From the NCBI GenBank assembly GCA_013265495.1, contig MU058153.1, positions 1,490,001 to 1,554,000 on the forward strand: DNA of 64,000 nt. The letters run 5' to 3'. A model generated the notes under the pieces. That model made no database searches, had not been told where the DNA came from, and worked only from the letters and a program-made list of their open reading frames with translations. The first letter of the stretch is position 1. The number at the start of each line of letters is the position of its first letter. The DNA comes from Vicugna vicugna (taxonomy: Eukaryota). Shown here piece after piece: positions 11,851-23,326 of this stretch. The position numbers were made by a program, and so were the translations under genes.

Positions 11851-13190
11851 GGTCCTATACTTGGTGTTTCTGAGTGAGGCTAATAGAATGGAAAAGAATG
11901 CCTGGCTCTGGGTTAAGTTAGTTGTTTTGTCACTTGTTCTTTTATGTAAGTTTTTGGTGTGGGTGGGGTGGGGCATGTTTTTAACCCTTTCAGTATCCCA
12001 GGAGTGTTTAGATACCCTATTGGAATGCAGTCTGACTCAACAGAAAAAACCCAAGTTCATTATCTCGATTCACTGAATGGATACTTAGTGAAGCCTTGGA
12101 TCTACTCCACGCCCATGAGAATTGTACGCCTTATGCTTTTGAGCCAATGTGCATAAATGTGCATGGGTGAATATAGATGTGTGTGTGTGTGTATTATGTA
12201 AAGGAGAAAAGTGAAAGATGAGTAAAGGCTTGAAGGTAGGTTATAGGTTATGGGAACCACCAAGCGGTTCATTGCAGGAGATCAAGTCATGGGCCAGCTT
12301 CCATGACACAGTGGGTTCTGCTTTTGGTTTTCCTGTTGATATTTTTTGCCCAGCCCAGAATCATGCTGGTTGGTTTTCCTTTACTTTCCACCTGCTTTGA
12401 GGCTAATTTCTCTAATTGGATCATAAATGCTCTAGAATTAGTATATCTGTTCCCTGAGGGGTTTGTTGCCTTGTGTTCTGGGTTTCCATGTTGTTTGGGA
12501 CATCCCTTTTCCCTGCTGTAGTGTCTGTGCTAAATCCTTACTAAGCTTTCCTTGTCAAAGCCTCAGTTCACTTGCGTGCTCAATTCTTATCCACACCGAG
12601 TTAAAAGCTCCTGCCAGACATAGTTCAGTTTGTAGTGCATTCCAAAATTTTTAGGGTTTTTTTTGTTTTTTTAAGGAATTGCTTTCTGAGAAGCTTTGGG
12701 ATTCTTTAAGATTTATGGTACCCATGGTTCAGATAAAGTGTCTTTGGCAGCCAGAATACACATTCACATTTACATAGGATGCTGTATAGATTTTTACTAA
12801 AGTATATTGAGAATTCCATTTGTGGTGATTTTTGACAAATTGCTCAGATTTATAAATGCTTCATGACTCCACATTTTAGCCTTGTTCTTTGTCTCTCAGA
12901 GAAGTTCTAAGAAATTTTATATTTATTTAGTTATTTAAAATTCATGTAAATATATGTATTTAAACTTGCTAATCAAATGCTCCTTGTTCTCTGGGGCTCA
13001 AGAAAATCTTTTGACTTTTTATTTCATTATTCTCGGAATGTTCCACATCCTTTACGTTCATCATTAAGTGTCTATATAGTGTTAATATAAACCCATGTTT
13101 AAATATAAACTGATTCACAGATTTATATAACTTTTATGGAATTTTTAGATCCAAAAAAATCAAGAACAACTTTAGGGAATGTGTAAACTG

Positions 13191-13350
13191 TGGATGGCAA
13201 ATAGATTTCATCCTGAGTACCAATTCAGATTGATGGAATATGATTATCTCATCTCAGGTGCTGTGGTGAGGCGGACTTCTGACTGCATCCAGCTCATGTG
13301 ATCGATCAGTGACACCTGTGATGTGGCAGAGTGGGAATTTCTGTCATCAT
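13191..13350. mobile_element. MER102-like hAT-Charlie MITE (in duplication copy 1)
   Basis: GGATGGCAAATAGATTTCATC..GTGCTGTGGTGAGGCGGACTTCTGA..GTGATCGATCAGTGA..TTTCTGTCATC resembles MER102, with remnant terminal inverted repeats. Confidence 0.55.
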
Positions 13351-14361
13351 TCAAGAAAGAGATTTTATAGCTGCCCCCTTTTAAAACAAAAAAAAGAAGA
13401 ACTTGAGGCACATAAAGTTTACATGACTTGCAAGTTTAGGGTGTGGAGTAAATGGGTATTTTGAATGTAGATGTGAGAAGGTAAAACATCTATTTTGAAA
13501 GTAGAATCCAGTTTGGGAAGCTGAAGAGAAATAGGAAAGTGATTCCTTGGTGAAGGGATCGGGTCTCTGTATTCTCAGTTTGTTGAGCTGTGCTGTTTAT
13601 AGCCTTGGTGGCACACTGACCTGTGTTCAGATAAATCTGGTTCCCACCTCTTTGAGCCCCCTTTTCCTTCACTCTAAAATTAAACACAGGGTTGAAAGTG
13701 GGATGTATTTTGGTTGACATGTTCCTGTGCTTGGACATAAAGGTGAATAAGTACATGAGTAATAGATCCGCAGTGGCAGTGTTGTTTTCCCTGCAAGATC
13801 CGAGAGCAAATGAACGAATTTTGACCAAATGAAAGACTTCAGGAATCTGCAGACATTACAAGCTCCCTTTGATGTAAGTCCTCCCTTCATGGAAGTGGGG
13901 CAGGAGTGGCTTTTGAAAATGCCTTGGGGAAAATGATATAAAAGTAAAATGTAACTTTTCTATTATTATCATCACTTTTTTTTTTTCATTCTCTGGTTCC
14001 CAGATGCTCTGACTAAGCCTAGGACTAATGTAGGACTATAACTATTAGCTGATTCAAGGAATTCATATTTTCTAGATGACATCCCACGTAAAATATTTTC
14101 ATGTTTTAATGACTTCACTATAATCCCTCCTTTTTTTTTCTTCAGGAATTGTCACTCATATGAAAATCTGTGTTCAAAGCATATCTAAGCACGAAGGTGA
14201 CTTTTCGGGTTCATGTTCTAATTGATGATACAAACCGCTAATTAAATGCATCTGTGTCTAATCAAAACATATCTAGAATTAAGCAGTGCAGCTGTGCACC
14301 GGGGGAGCCACAGGATAGAGATGCCTGGTAATGGCATTAAGGACATAATTTGTCCTTCATC

Positions 14362-14483
14362 CAGTGGTTCCCACATCCGGCAGAACCTCAGAATCTGGAG
14401 GAGCTGATAAAAATGGTGGCAGTATTCTCTCTACTCCACCCTCAGAACTTGGATCCTAAAATCTGAATTCTATTTTTAACCTC
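14362..14483. mobile_element. MER5-like MITE truncated by the duplication junction
   Basis: CAGTGGTTCCCA..TCAGAATCTGGAGGAGCTGATAAAA..TATTTTTAAC, then abruptly (TG)n. Confidence 0.6.
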
Positions 14484-14484
14484 A

Positions 14485-16798
14485 ATGTGTGTGTGTGTGT
14501 GTGTGTATTATGTAAAGGAGAAAAATGAAAGATGAGTAAAGGCTTGAAGGTAGGTTATAGGTTATGGGAACCACCAAGCGGTTCATTGCAGGAGATCAAG
14601 TCATGGGCCAGCTTCCATGACACAGTGGGTTCTGCTTTTGGTTTTCCTGTTGATATTTTTTGCCCAGCCCAGAATCATGCTGGTTGGTTTTCCTTTACTT
14701 TCCACCTGCTTTGAGGCTAATTTCTCTAATTGGATCATAAATGCTCTAGAATTAGTATATCTGTTCCCTGAGGGGTTTGTTGCCTTGTGTTCTGGGTTTC
14801 CATGTTGTTTGGGACATCCCTTTTCCCTGCTGTAGTGTCTGTGCTAAATCCTTACTAAGCTTTCCTTGTCAAAGCCTCAGTTCACTTGCGTGCTCAATTC
14901 TTATCCACACCGAGTTAAAAGCTCCTGCCAGACATAGTTCAGTTTGTAGTGCATTCCAAAATTTTTAGGGTTTTTTTTGTTTTTTTAAGGAATTGCTTTC
15001 TGAGAAGCTTTGGGATTCTTTAAGATTTATGGTACCCATGGTTCAGATAAAGTGTCTTTGGCAGCCAGAATACACATTCACATTTACATAGGATGCTGTA
15101 TAGATTTTTACTAAAGTATATTGAGAATTCCATTTGTGGTGATTTTTGACAAATTGCTCAGATTTATAAATGCTTCATGACTCCACATTTTAGCCTTGTT
15201 CTTTGTCTCTCAGAGAAGTTCTAAGAAATTTTATATTTATTTAGTTATTTAAAATTCATGTAAATATATGTATTTAAACTTGCTAATCAAATGCTCCTTG
15301 TTCTCTGGGGCTCAAGAAAATCTTTTGACTTTTTATTTCATTATTCTCGGAATGTTCCACATCCTTTACGTTCATCATTAAGTGTCTATATAGTGTTAAT
15401 ATAAACCCATGTTTAAATATAAACTGATTCACAGATTTATATAACTTTTATGGAATTTTTAGATCCAAAAAAATCAAGAACAACTTTAGGGAATGTGTAA
15501 ACTGTGGATGGCAAATAGATTTCATCCTGAATACCAATTCAGATTGATGGAATATGATTATCTCATCTCAGGTGCTGTGGTGAGGCGGACTTCTGACTGC
15601 ATCCAGCTCAGGTGATCGATCAGTGACACCTGTGATATGGCAGAGTGGGAATTTCTGTCATCATTCAAGAAAGAGATTTTATAGCTGCCCCCTTTTAAAA
15701 GAAAAAAAGAAAAGAACTTGAGGCACAGAAAGTTTACATGACTTGCAAGTTTAGGGTGTGGAGTAAATGGGTATTTTGAATGTAGATGTGAGAAGGTAAA
15801 ACATCTATTTTGAAAGTAGAATCCAGTTTGGGAAGCTGAAGAGAAATAGGAAAGTGATTCCTTGGTGAAGGGATCGGGTCTCTGTATTCTCAGTTTGTTG
15901 AGCTGTGCTGTTTATAGCCTTGGTGGCACATTGACCTGTGTTCAGATAAATCTGGTTCCCACCTCTTTGAGCCCCCTTTTCCTTCACTCTAAAATTAAAC
16001 ACAGGGTTGAAAGTGGGATGTATTTTGGTTGACATGTTCCTGTGCTTGGACATAAAGGTGAATAAGTACATGAGTAATAGATCCGCAGTGGCAGTGTTGT
16101 TTTCCCTGCAAGATCCGAGAGCAAATGAACGAATTTTGACCAAATGAAAGACTTCAGGAATCTGCAGACATTACAAGCTCCCTTTGATGTAAGTCCTCCC
16201 TTCATGGAAGTGGGGCAGGAGTGGCTTTTGAAAATGCCTTGGGGAAAATGATATAAAAGTAAAATGTAACTTTTCTATTATTATCATCACTTTTTTTTTT
16301 TCATTCTCTGGTTCCCAGATGCTCTGACTAAGCCTAGGACTAATGTAGGACTATAACTATTAGCTGATTCAGGGAATTCATATTTTCTAGATGACATCCC
16401 ACGTAAAATATTTTCATGTTTTAATGACTTCACTATAATCCCTCCTTTTTTTTTCTTCAGGAATTGTCACTCATATGAAAATCTGTGTTCAAAGCATATC
16501 TAAGCACGAAGGTGACTTTTCGGGTTCATGTTCTAATTGATGATACAAACCGCTAATTAAATGCATCTGTGTCTAATCAAAACATATCTAGAATTAAGCA
16601 GTGCAGCTGTGCACCGGGGGAGCCACAGGATAGAGATGCCTGGTAATGGCATTAAGGACATAATTTGTCCTTCATCCAGTGGTTCCCACATCCGGCAGAA
16701 CCTCAGAATCTGGAGGAGCTGATAAAAATGGTGGCAGTATTCTCTCTACTCCACCCTCAGAACTTGGATCCTAAAATCTGAATTCTATTTTTAACCTC
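14485..16798 (+). repeat. Tandem segmental duplication, copy 2 (~2.3 kb)
   Basis: Head-to-tail copy of 12177-14483, with about 8 substitutions and 2 length variants seen by eye. Confidence 0.98.
15505..15664. mobile_element. MER102-like hAT-Charlie MITE (in duplication copy 2)
   Basis: Duplicate of 13191-13350. Confidence 0.55.
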
Positions 16799-16840
16799 CC
16801 AACGAAGATGTTGATGAGCAATTAGGACTGGAAACTACAG
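16677..16840. mobile_element. MER5-like MITE, complete
   Basis: Same start as 14362 but continues ..GATGTTGATG..GGAAACTACAG, a degenerate second TIR (cf. GGAACCACTG). Confidence 0.6.
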
Positions 16841-16946
16841 CTGGAGATTCAAAGTGTAGTTTGACCACCTGGAAACAAGGCCCAGCTTGGTCTAGAGTTG
16901 TTCGTTTGCCTCTAAATTCTCTCCTTTTCTTCAAAACCCCATTTTA

Positions 16947-17118
16947 GGGGTTGGCTAGAGCTCAGTGGTAGAGTGCGTGCTTAGCATGCATGAGGTCCTG
17001 GGTTCAACCCCCACTACCTCCATTAAAAAATAAAAATAAATAAAACAAACCTAATTACCGCTCCCCCAATAAATAAATTAATCAATTAAAATTTTAAAAA
17101 AGAAAATGGGAAAAAAAA
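16947..17118 (+). mobile_element. tRNA-Ala-derived SINE (camelid Vic-1 type)
   Basis: GCTCAGTGGTAGAGTGCGTGCTTAGCATGCATGAGGTCCTGGGTTCAACCCCC (Pol III A/B boxes), then CCTAATTACC tail and A-rich end; weak TSD AAAACC..TTTA. Confidence 0.9.
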
Positions 17119-17789
17119 CCTTTAAGTTCTTATTACATCTCTCCTGTCTCGGGGTTTTGTAGCCTGCTGAAAACTGCAGCTGTCTTTACTTAAACAGAAA
17201 AGGCAGGAGAGCCTTTAGTTTTGTTTCAGTGTTGATGAATATGACAGTTTCATTTATAATAGTCTGCTCTTTGGAAATGTCACTTATTGTCATTCTTTGC
17301 ATGATCCTGAACAGTCGGTACCAGACAACTGTAGGCAGCTCCCGTGTGGAGACACGGCTGCTTCTTGGATGATAATATTAACAACATGGTGCATTTTTAA
17401 TAGCCTTTATGATTAAAAAGTTAACCTGTATTGCTCAATTTTATCCTCAGGGATTGTATTTTATTATCAAAAATATTTCTGTAGTGTTCATACGTAGGGT
17501 CCTTTCTGCTTCTAAAGATAATCCTCCTCTCAAAGTGGCACATAGATTCAAATTATCACATAGAAGCCTCGTGTAAGTAGAATAAAATTTAATTACAACA
17601 TTTGTCATCTTTTGTGTCTCTCACTACTTTTCAAGTCATGGTTTGAACTTTTAGCCAATTTCTCTTCTGGTCGTTAGTTAACCTGCCTTGCGTAAAGTAG
17701 CTGGTATGTGAGATGCCAAGCCCACGGCCATGTTTTTTCATCATCCTGCTTCTCTTTATAGAAAGATATGAAAACAGTAAATGAGTCCT

Positions 17790-17868
17790 CTGTTTTTTTG
17801 GGTTTTCTTTGTTTTTTGTGTGTGTGTGTCTATGTTTTTTTCTTTTTTCTTTTTCTTTTCTTTTCTTT

Positions 17869-17899
<31 letters not shown>

Positions 17900-17906
17900 T
17901 TTTTTT
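17790..17906 (+). repeat. T-rich simple repeat ((TG)n, (TTTTC)n, poly-T) adjoining a MIR remnant
   Basis: Direct reading; followed by TTTTACAGTTCGGGTAACTGAGGC, the MIR core. Confidence 0.85.
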
Positions 17907-18230
17907 ACAGTTCGGGTAACTGAGGCCTCCTGAAATGAGCAGTTGCCCAAACTGAATAGTAACTTGTCCCCAGGTCTCTCTGACTATAAAACCCTTGCAA
18001 GTCTATTATGTTTTTTGCCCCAGAGCATTTGCATGAAGCAAAAATACAGGAATATTATGGTTTACACAAAAAGGGGGGAAAAAAAACCCAGTAATTTTAA
18101 AACCAGTTGGCCATGATTTAAGGAAAAGAATGATCCAAAAAATGGCTTAAGAAAATCCACTACCAGACACTATCAAAAGGAAAAATGAACAAGGAAGAAA
18201 AAAGAAATCACATATTTTTTCCCTTACTAG

Positions 18231-18283
18231 ATTGCAACAGAAATGGAAAGAAATAAGACCACGAGGTCAATTTTGAGTTATAG
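18231..18283 (+). other. Candidate small exon (53 nt)
   Basis: Acceptor TTTTTTCCCTTACTAG| and donor TAG|GTGAGT; no transcript evidence available. Confidence 0.25.
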
Positions 18284-19599
18284 GTGAGTGACCTAAATCT
18301 TACACCCAAGCACATTAATATAGCTCTGGCTTACTTCCAAAAAGGAGAACAGCAGACAGGCTGGTTTTGTTGACACACAGTCATATTTTCCCATTACATA
18401 ATAAATTTTCCCTGATGCAGGAGCATTTAAGAGATTGAAAGAAAGCCTTCATGACTGTTTGGGGTAATTTAATGCTGCAGTGTTATTCCTTAGAGAAGTT
18501 ATGAATCAACAGAATATCAAAGACTTGCCAGGTGTGCACAAAGAGAGCTTTCATGTCAACTATTTTTGCATCCTTTTTATTTCATATCATCAAGGTCCAC
18601 TTTGAAGATTCTTTCCAGGAATAAGGACTACAATTTGTATTTGGAATTAAATGTAGATTTTTTTTTTTTTCTTATTTGGGGTTAGTAGCTCCCTGGTTTG
18701 TAGATTGTGGAAAAGAAATCTTGCTGCCTTTTGCACCAGTTTTGAACAGAGCAAATGCTGCTATGATTTAAATCCTTTGTGTTCTAATCTTTTGAAATCA
18801 TAAAAATGATAACAAAAAATGTATACATGAATGAGAAATGTGCAAGGTAGAAGAATGCAATAGAAGAAGATGCAAACTCAATACAGTAAAATATCTTTAA
18901 GTCCATGCTAAAAATGTAGGTTATTTCTTTTTATATTTTTGGTTAAAATAGAACCTCTATGGACATTCATCCTGGTTTTTACTAACAATCCCATTACTTG
19001 ATGCCAAATGTGTTATGTTGACATGGGTTCTCTCTAGAGAGAGAGGTACCTTTTACCTATAAGGAAAAGGTATTGAAATGTAAAGAGAAGTACTGAATAA
19101 ATCTTTTGCAGGCACAATTTAGGATTTTAGGTCCAGAAGGAAGTCAGACTTTCAGTTTGCTTTTTATAACCAAGATCTTTGCATTTAAAAAATCACGCAA
19201 ATTTCAGTTGGAGAAGCGATGCCATTTGATTCTTGGTAATTGTTCTTTACTATTTTGATAAGGAAAAAATTGGCTTTTTAGTACTTCCAGCTAGATTTTT
19301 TTTTTCTGTTTTTCCTTCAATATTCCTCCCTTTAAAAGAGTCATCTAACTAGTCATTTTACCCTCTCTCCCTTCCTAAGGTAAGATTCCTGAATATTCTC
19401 TTCTGTCTGTCTCTCTCTCTACCTTCTCTGTCTCTCCACTCAGACAAGTTTCCCTCCCCACCTCCCTCCCTCATGCATTTTCCCCCCAAGGGCTGATTTC
19501 TGGATTAAGAGTGGAGTGTTGCATCTGTTCCCTACAGGGAACTGATTGTAAAACTCCTCCATCTATGAAAGTCATTTGGAATCTTCTGCTCAACCCAGT

Positions 19600-20830
19600 G
19601 ATGGAGGAGCTGGCTTTATACTCCAGGAGGTGGCGGCATGCCGCAGAGAGGGCACCGGGAGTGAGGCAATGACGCCAACATCTTAACTTGCAAAATGCCC
19701 TTCCGCTTCTCTTGTTCTTGGTGCCTCATACGCATCTCTGTGTACCCTCGATGGCTCGGCTGCTTAATCTCCAGGGTCCTTTTCGGTGGTGCCAGTATCT
19801 CCGGTGCTTGAAACTGGGTTGCTTCTTTCTAAGAGCTGATCACAGGCAGCTCTGAGGGCAGAGGAGAGGTGAGAGGGCACTGCCGTCGTCCCTGTCTGTG
19901 ACAACCTGGAAGTTGGAACTCGCCTTAAGTGGGCTGTCAATCCAAACACTTCCACGGAGTGCAGATCCAGTAGAAATGCAGGAATCTAGCCTGTATAGCT
20001 AAGAGCATTGATTCAACATCTCAAAAAGAAAGAAAAGGGGGAAAAGAAAAAAAAAAAGTCCTTCCGAAAGGCATTTCACCTTGAAGTGTTCTCATGGAGC
20101 AATGGGAAGAGTTCAGCTGTCATTTTGCATTTGGCGCAGGGCCAGCCGTCAGAGCCAGGAGAGAAGTCAGGGTTCAGGCTTCCTTAGGCCACCCCCACCA
20201 CCCCCGCTGCTGAATGGCCAGAGTGTTTTCTTCCCCAGACGGGTTGAGATGATCTGATCTGAGCCCCAGGCAGTCACCGAGGCTCCTTTGTTGGCTTCCC
20301 CGCTCGGCAGAGGCTTGCTACAGCTTGACTGAAATGTGTCAGAGGCAGCCGCAGCCGCCACCTGCCCTGGCACAGCGCTGTCACTCACGAGCCACCGAGG
20401 GCATCCTGCACAAAGTGCTTCCTGACCGGTGGGGGGGGGGCGGCCACCCGGAGAGATCAAGTGACAGGGTGCACAGAGGTGAGAGGATTCGCTTAAAGGA
20501 GGAAGCTGAATCCATCCACCAGCACTTTTTCCTCTTGGAGCGCCGTAAGGCGGAAATGTCAGAGAGACAAATTTTGGGGTACCTGCCTTCTCGCGGCAGT
20601 GATGTGCGTCCATCGCATGGACTTGAGGTGATCTAGGGTAAACTTAGGCTGAGCCTGGCAGCCCAGGGTGGTACGCCATCGGCAGAGCAAACAGTGCATC
20701 CATCGTCCATGCCTTTGGAAGAGGATAGCATAACTCTGATGGCGACGCACAGACCCAGGCGTCTTGGCCTCTCTGTGACCCTGCAGAGGGGGCCTTCCAG
20801 TTTCTAAGGCCTGGGGACCGCACGAGAGAC
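19600..20830. promoter_or_regulatory. GC/CpG-enriched unique segment (weak CpG-island-like)
   Basis: Visibly higher GC and CpG density than the flanks, no recognisable repeat; includes a G10 run at ~20431. Confidence 0.35.
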
Positions 20831-20845
20831 TATCAGAAAAAGCTT

Positions 20846-21080
20846 GGTAACCATAAGTTTGTTTTCAATGCCTGTGAGTCTCTTTCTGTTCTGTAAATAA
20901 GTTCATTTGTGTCATTTTGTTTTCAGATTCCAAAGGGGTAAGGGAGGAGGGAGGCATAAATTGGGAGTTTGGGATTAGCAGAATCAAACTGCTGTATGCA
21001 GAGTAGGTAAACAACAAGGCCCTACTGTACAGCACAGGGAACTATATTCAATAGCTTGTAATAACCTATAATGAAAAAGA

Positions 21081-21117
<37 letters not shown>

Positions 21118-21217
21118 AAACTGAATCACTATGCTGTCACCAGAAATTAACACATTGTAAATCAACTATACTTCAATTGGGGGGGAAAAAAAAGATGTGA
21201 ATGTGAAAAAAACAAAA
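20846..21217 (+). mobile_element. 5'-truncated, 5'-inverted (twin-primed) L1 3' end
   Basis: 20846-20931 is antisense L1 3'UTR; ~20930-21180 is the adjacent sense 3'UTR with (TA)n and an A-rich tail. TSD AGAAAAAGCTT (20835-20845) / AGAAAAGGCTT (21218-21228). Confidence 0.9.
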
Positions 21218-21519
21218 AGAAAAGGCTTTACGCTTTATTTTTCACAGATTCCACAATATCCAATTCAAGGAGGTTTGGTCTGGGAAGGAGATGGGAGGAG
21301 GCACAAAGATCACCCTTGTCATGTCTTGTTCTTCGTCCATCCAGCGTATCTGTCATTCTTCTCCCTGGCATTCTTGCTAGGAGGAAAAAAGCTTAAAGAC
21401 AGGAGGGTCAGGAGAAATTCCTGGACAGAGAAGAAAGAACAGCATTCTACCAAATGGTAAAACAGGGTACATCTGTCCCACCGTGCTCTAGATTCCCTGT
21501 TTGTGTCTTGGACGCTTCG

Positions 21520-21800
21520 TTTATTCATTCCTTCATTTCTTCGGGCACCCATTCATCCATTCAACAAGCTGTTGAGCGTCTACTGTGGGCAAGACCCCCA
21601 GGCTGATCCAGCCTAGAAGTGAAGAGGAACCCACCAGGTCGCTGCCTTTCTAGAGGTTCTTACAAACAAGCAAGCTAAATACAGATTGTGGAAGTGCTCC
21701 TCCAGGAAGTAAATGATCTCGTATGGTAACTGGTACCTGGGGGCAGTCGAGGAAGGAGAAGCGGCTTGACGTTGGAGGGGGATCTAAAAGGTCTCTATGA
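21520..21800 (-). mobile_element. L2 3' end fragment
   Basis: ATTCATCCATTCAACAAGCTGTTGAGCGTCTACTGTG.. is the antisense L2 tail. Confidence 0.6.
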
Positions 21801-23326
21801 GGGCAGCGAAGGACTGTGATAGCACAGTGAGTTACCAAGGGAAGGAGAAGGGGGAGAATATTCCAGGCTTCTGGGTGTTATCATTTTCTCGGATGCTCAG
21901 GGAACTTCTGCATCAGATGACGTTCCTCCTTCCATCCTTCCCCAGGACCTCAGGTAGCAAACTTAGTCTCTACTGCTTTCTAACTGTGTTCCCTTGAGCA
22001 AGTTTCTTCCCCTCTCATCCTCCTTCTTCATCTGAAAAATGAGAATTATAGAAGCTGTAAGCCTCCTATGGAGGGTTCTTTCAGTACAAAATGACAACCT
22101 AGCACAGTGCTGGCGCTCTGTAGAAACCAGCAAATCTTAGTTTTTTTTTTTCTTATTCTCCCCTTCTTGTTTATTTCACCACACTTTAATTCAAATTCCT
22201 AACTAAAGTGTAAGTTGCAAGTCTTCCCCAAAATAGTGCTATTTTAAGAGGGGTAAGATGAGGTCCCCTGCCTGTGAAAAGTTGAGGTTGGAGGTGAAAC
22301 AAAATTTGACTCAATTATGTACAATTTTGTGTTAAGTTCTGGAAGTTGGAAATCATGGTTTTCAGCTCCATCCTTCTTTGTCTTTGGTTAAGTAAGTTAA
22401 AGGTGGCCCACCCTTGCTTGAGAAAATGGCAATATTGAAGGAGACCCTTTTTCTCTTCGCATCTTCCCAGCCTCCTTGTCAGGTCCCTTTCCCGTCTCCA
22501 CACATCACTCTGCGCCTCCTGAAAGCACCCACACGGTGCCCCGTCGCTGCCCTCCGCTGACTACCAGCCAAGGTGTTAGCTGGCAACAGATTCTCACTGA
22601 GCATTTCCCCCAGAAGGTTTTACACCTGTCACGCAACTTGTTTAAAACTCACTTTGCACACTTATTTAAATTTCGATTGTGTGAATGGGATGAATTGGGA
22701 CTTGTAGTAGAAAACGCTGTAAAAAGAAGGCAACCTGTGAGCACAAATTGTCCTAACAGGACGATGATGGTGATCATTCACTCTTTTATGAAAGAAAATG
22801 GAAAATCCCTTTATTCTGATTCAAGACTCTCGTCCATGAGATTACATATCCTCTCTCCAGTGATGCGGTTATCTGACCATGCTTGCCCTTTCTCTTCTTC
22901 TGAGACAGGAAAGAAATGGGTCTAAGTGATGCGTGTGTGTGTTTAATGAATATCTGACTTTAGCTGAGACCACCCTCTTTCTTAAAATGTAGATTAGATT
23001 TCACAGACTTCATCACTGAGTCCTGATGGAAGTCCAGTGGCCTTTCTAAGACTACTGCAAATCCTTGTGGAGTTTGCATTTCTACACGTCTTCCAGCTCC
23101 CTGTTTCCAACCTCTATCGTTCTTTCTTATCCTTGACTCTTATTTTGTTCTATGATTCTTTCCTTGTTTTCTCTGTTATCATCCATTCAAATGCTGACCA
23201 CACACCCCGCTTGATTCCCTTTTCTTCCTTCTGTTCCCACTCAGAAGGGACAGCTTGTGGAGAAGATTTTATCGGCCATTAAGGAGGAACAATAAGAATG
23301 AGGCACATTTAAAATCTCAGTGTTTA

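Larger units (their letters stand above)
12177..14483 (+). repeat. Tandem segmental duplication, copy 1 (~2.3 kb)
   Basis: Near-identical to 14485-16798; ORF track entries recur at offsets of 2314-2315. Confidence 0.98.

Noticed and set aside
12218..16205. Repeated identical ORFs suggesting a duplicated gene family
   Set aside because: They are a by-product of the 2.3-kb DNA duplication; identity is uniform across ORF and non-ORF sequence.
16947..17025. tRNA-Ala genes (also 23327, 36958, 39752)
   Set aside because: A-rich tails, target-site duplications and broken stems show they are SINE copies, not tRNA loci.
17901..17921. 5-nt microexon TTTTACAG|TTCGG|GTAACT after a long poly-T
   Set aside because: The acceptor is the ordinary antisense MIR core (ATTTTACAG..AACTGAGGC) beside an unstable T tract; there is no independent support.
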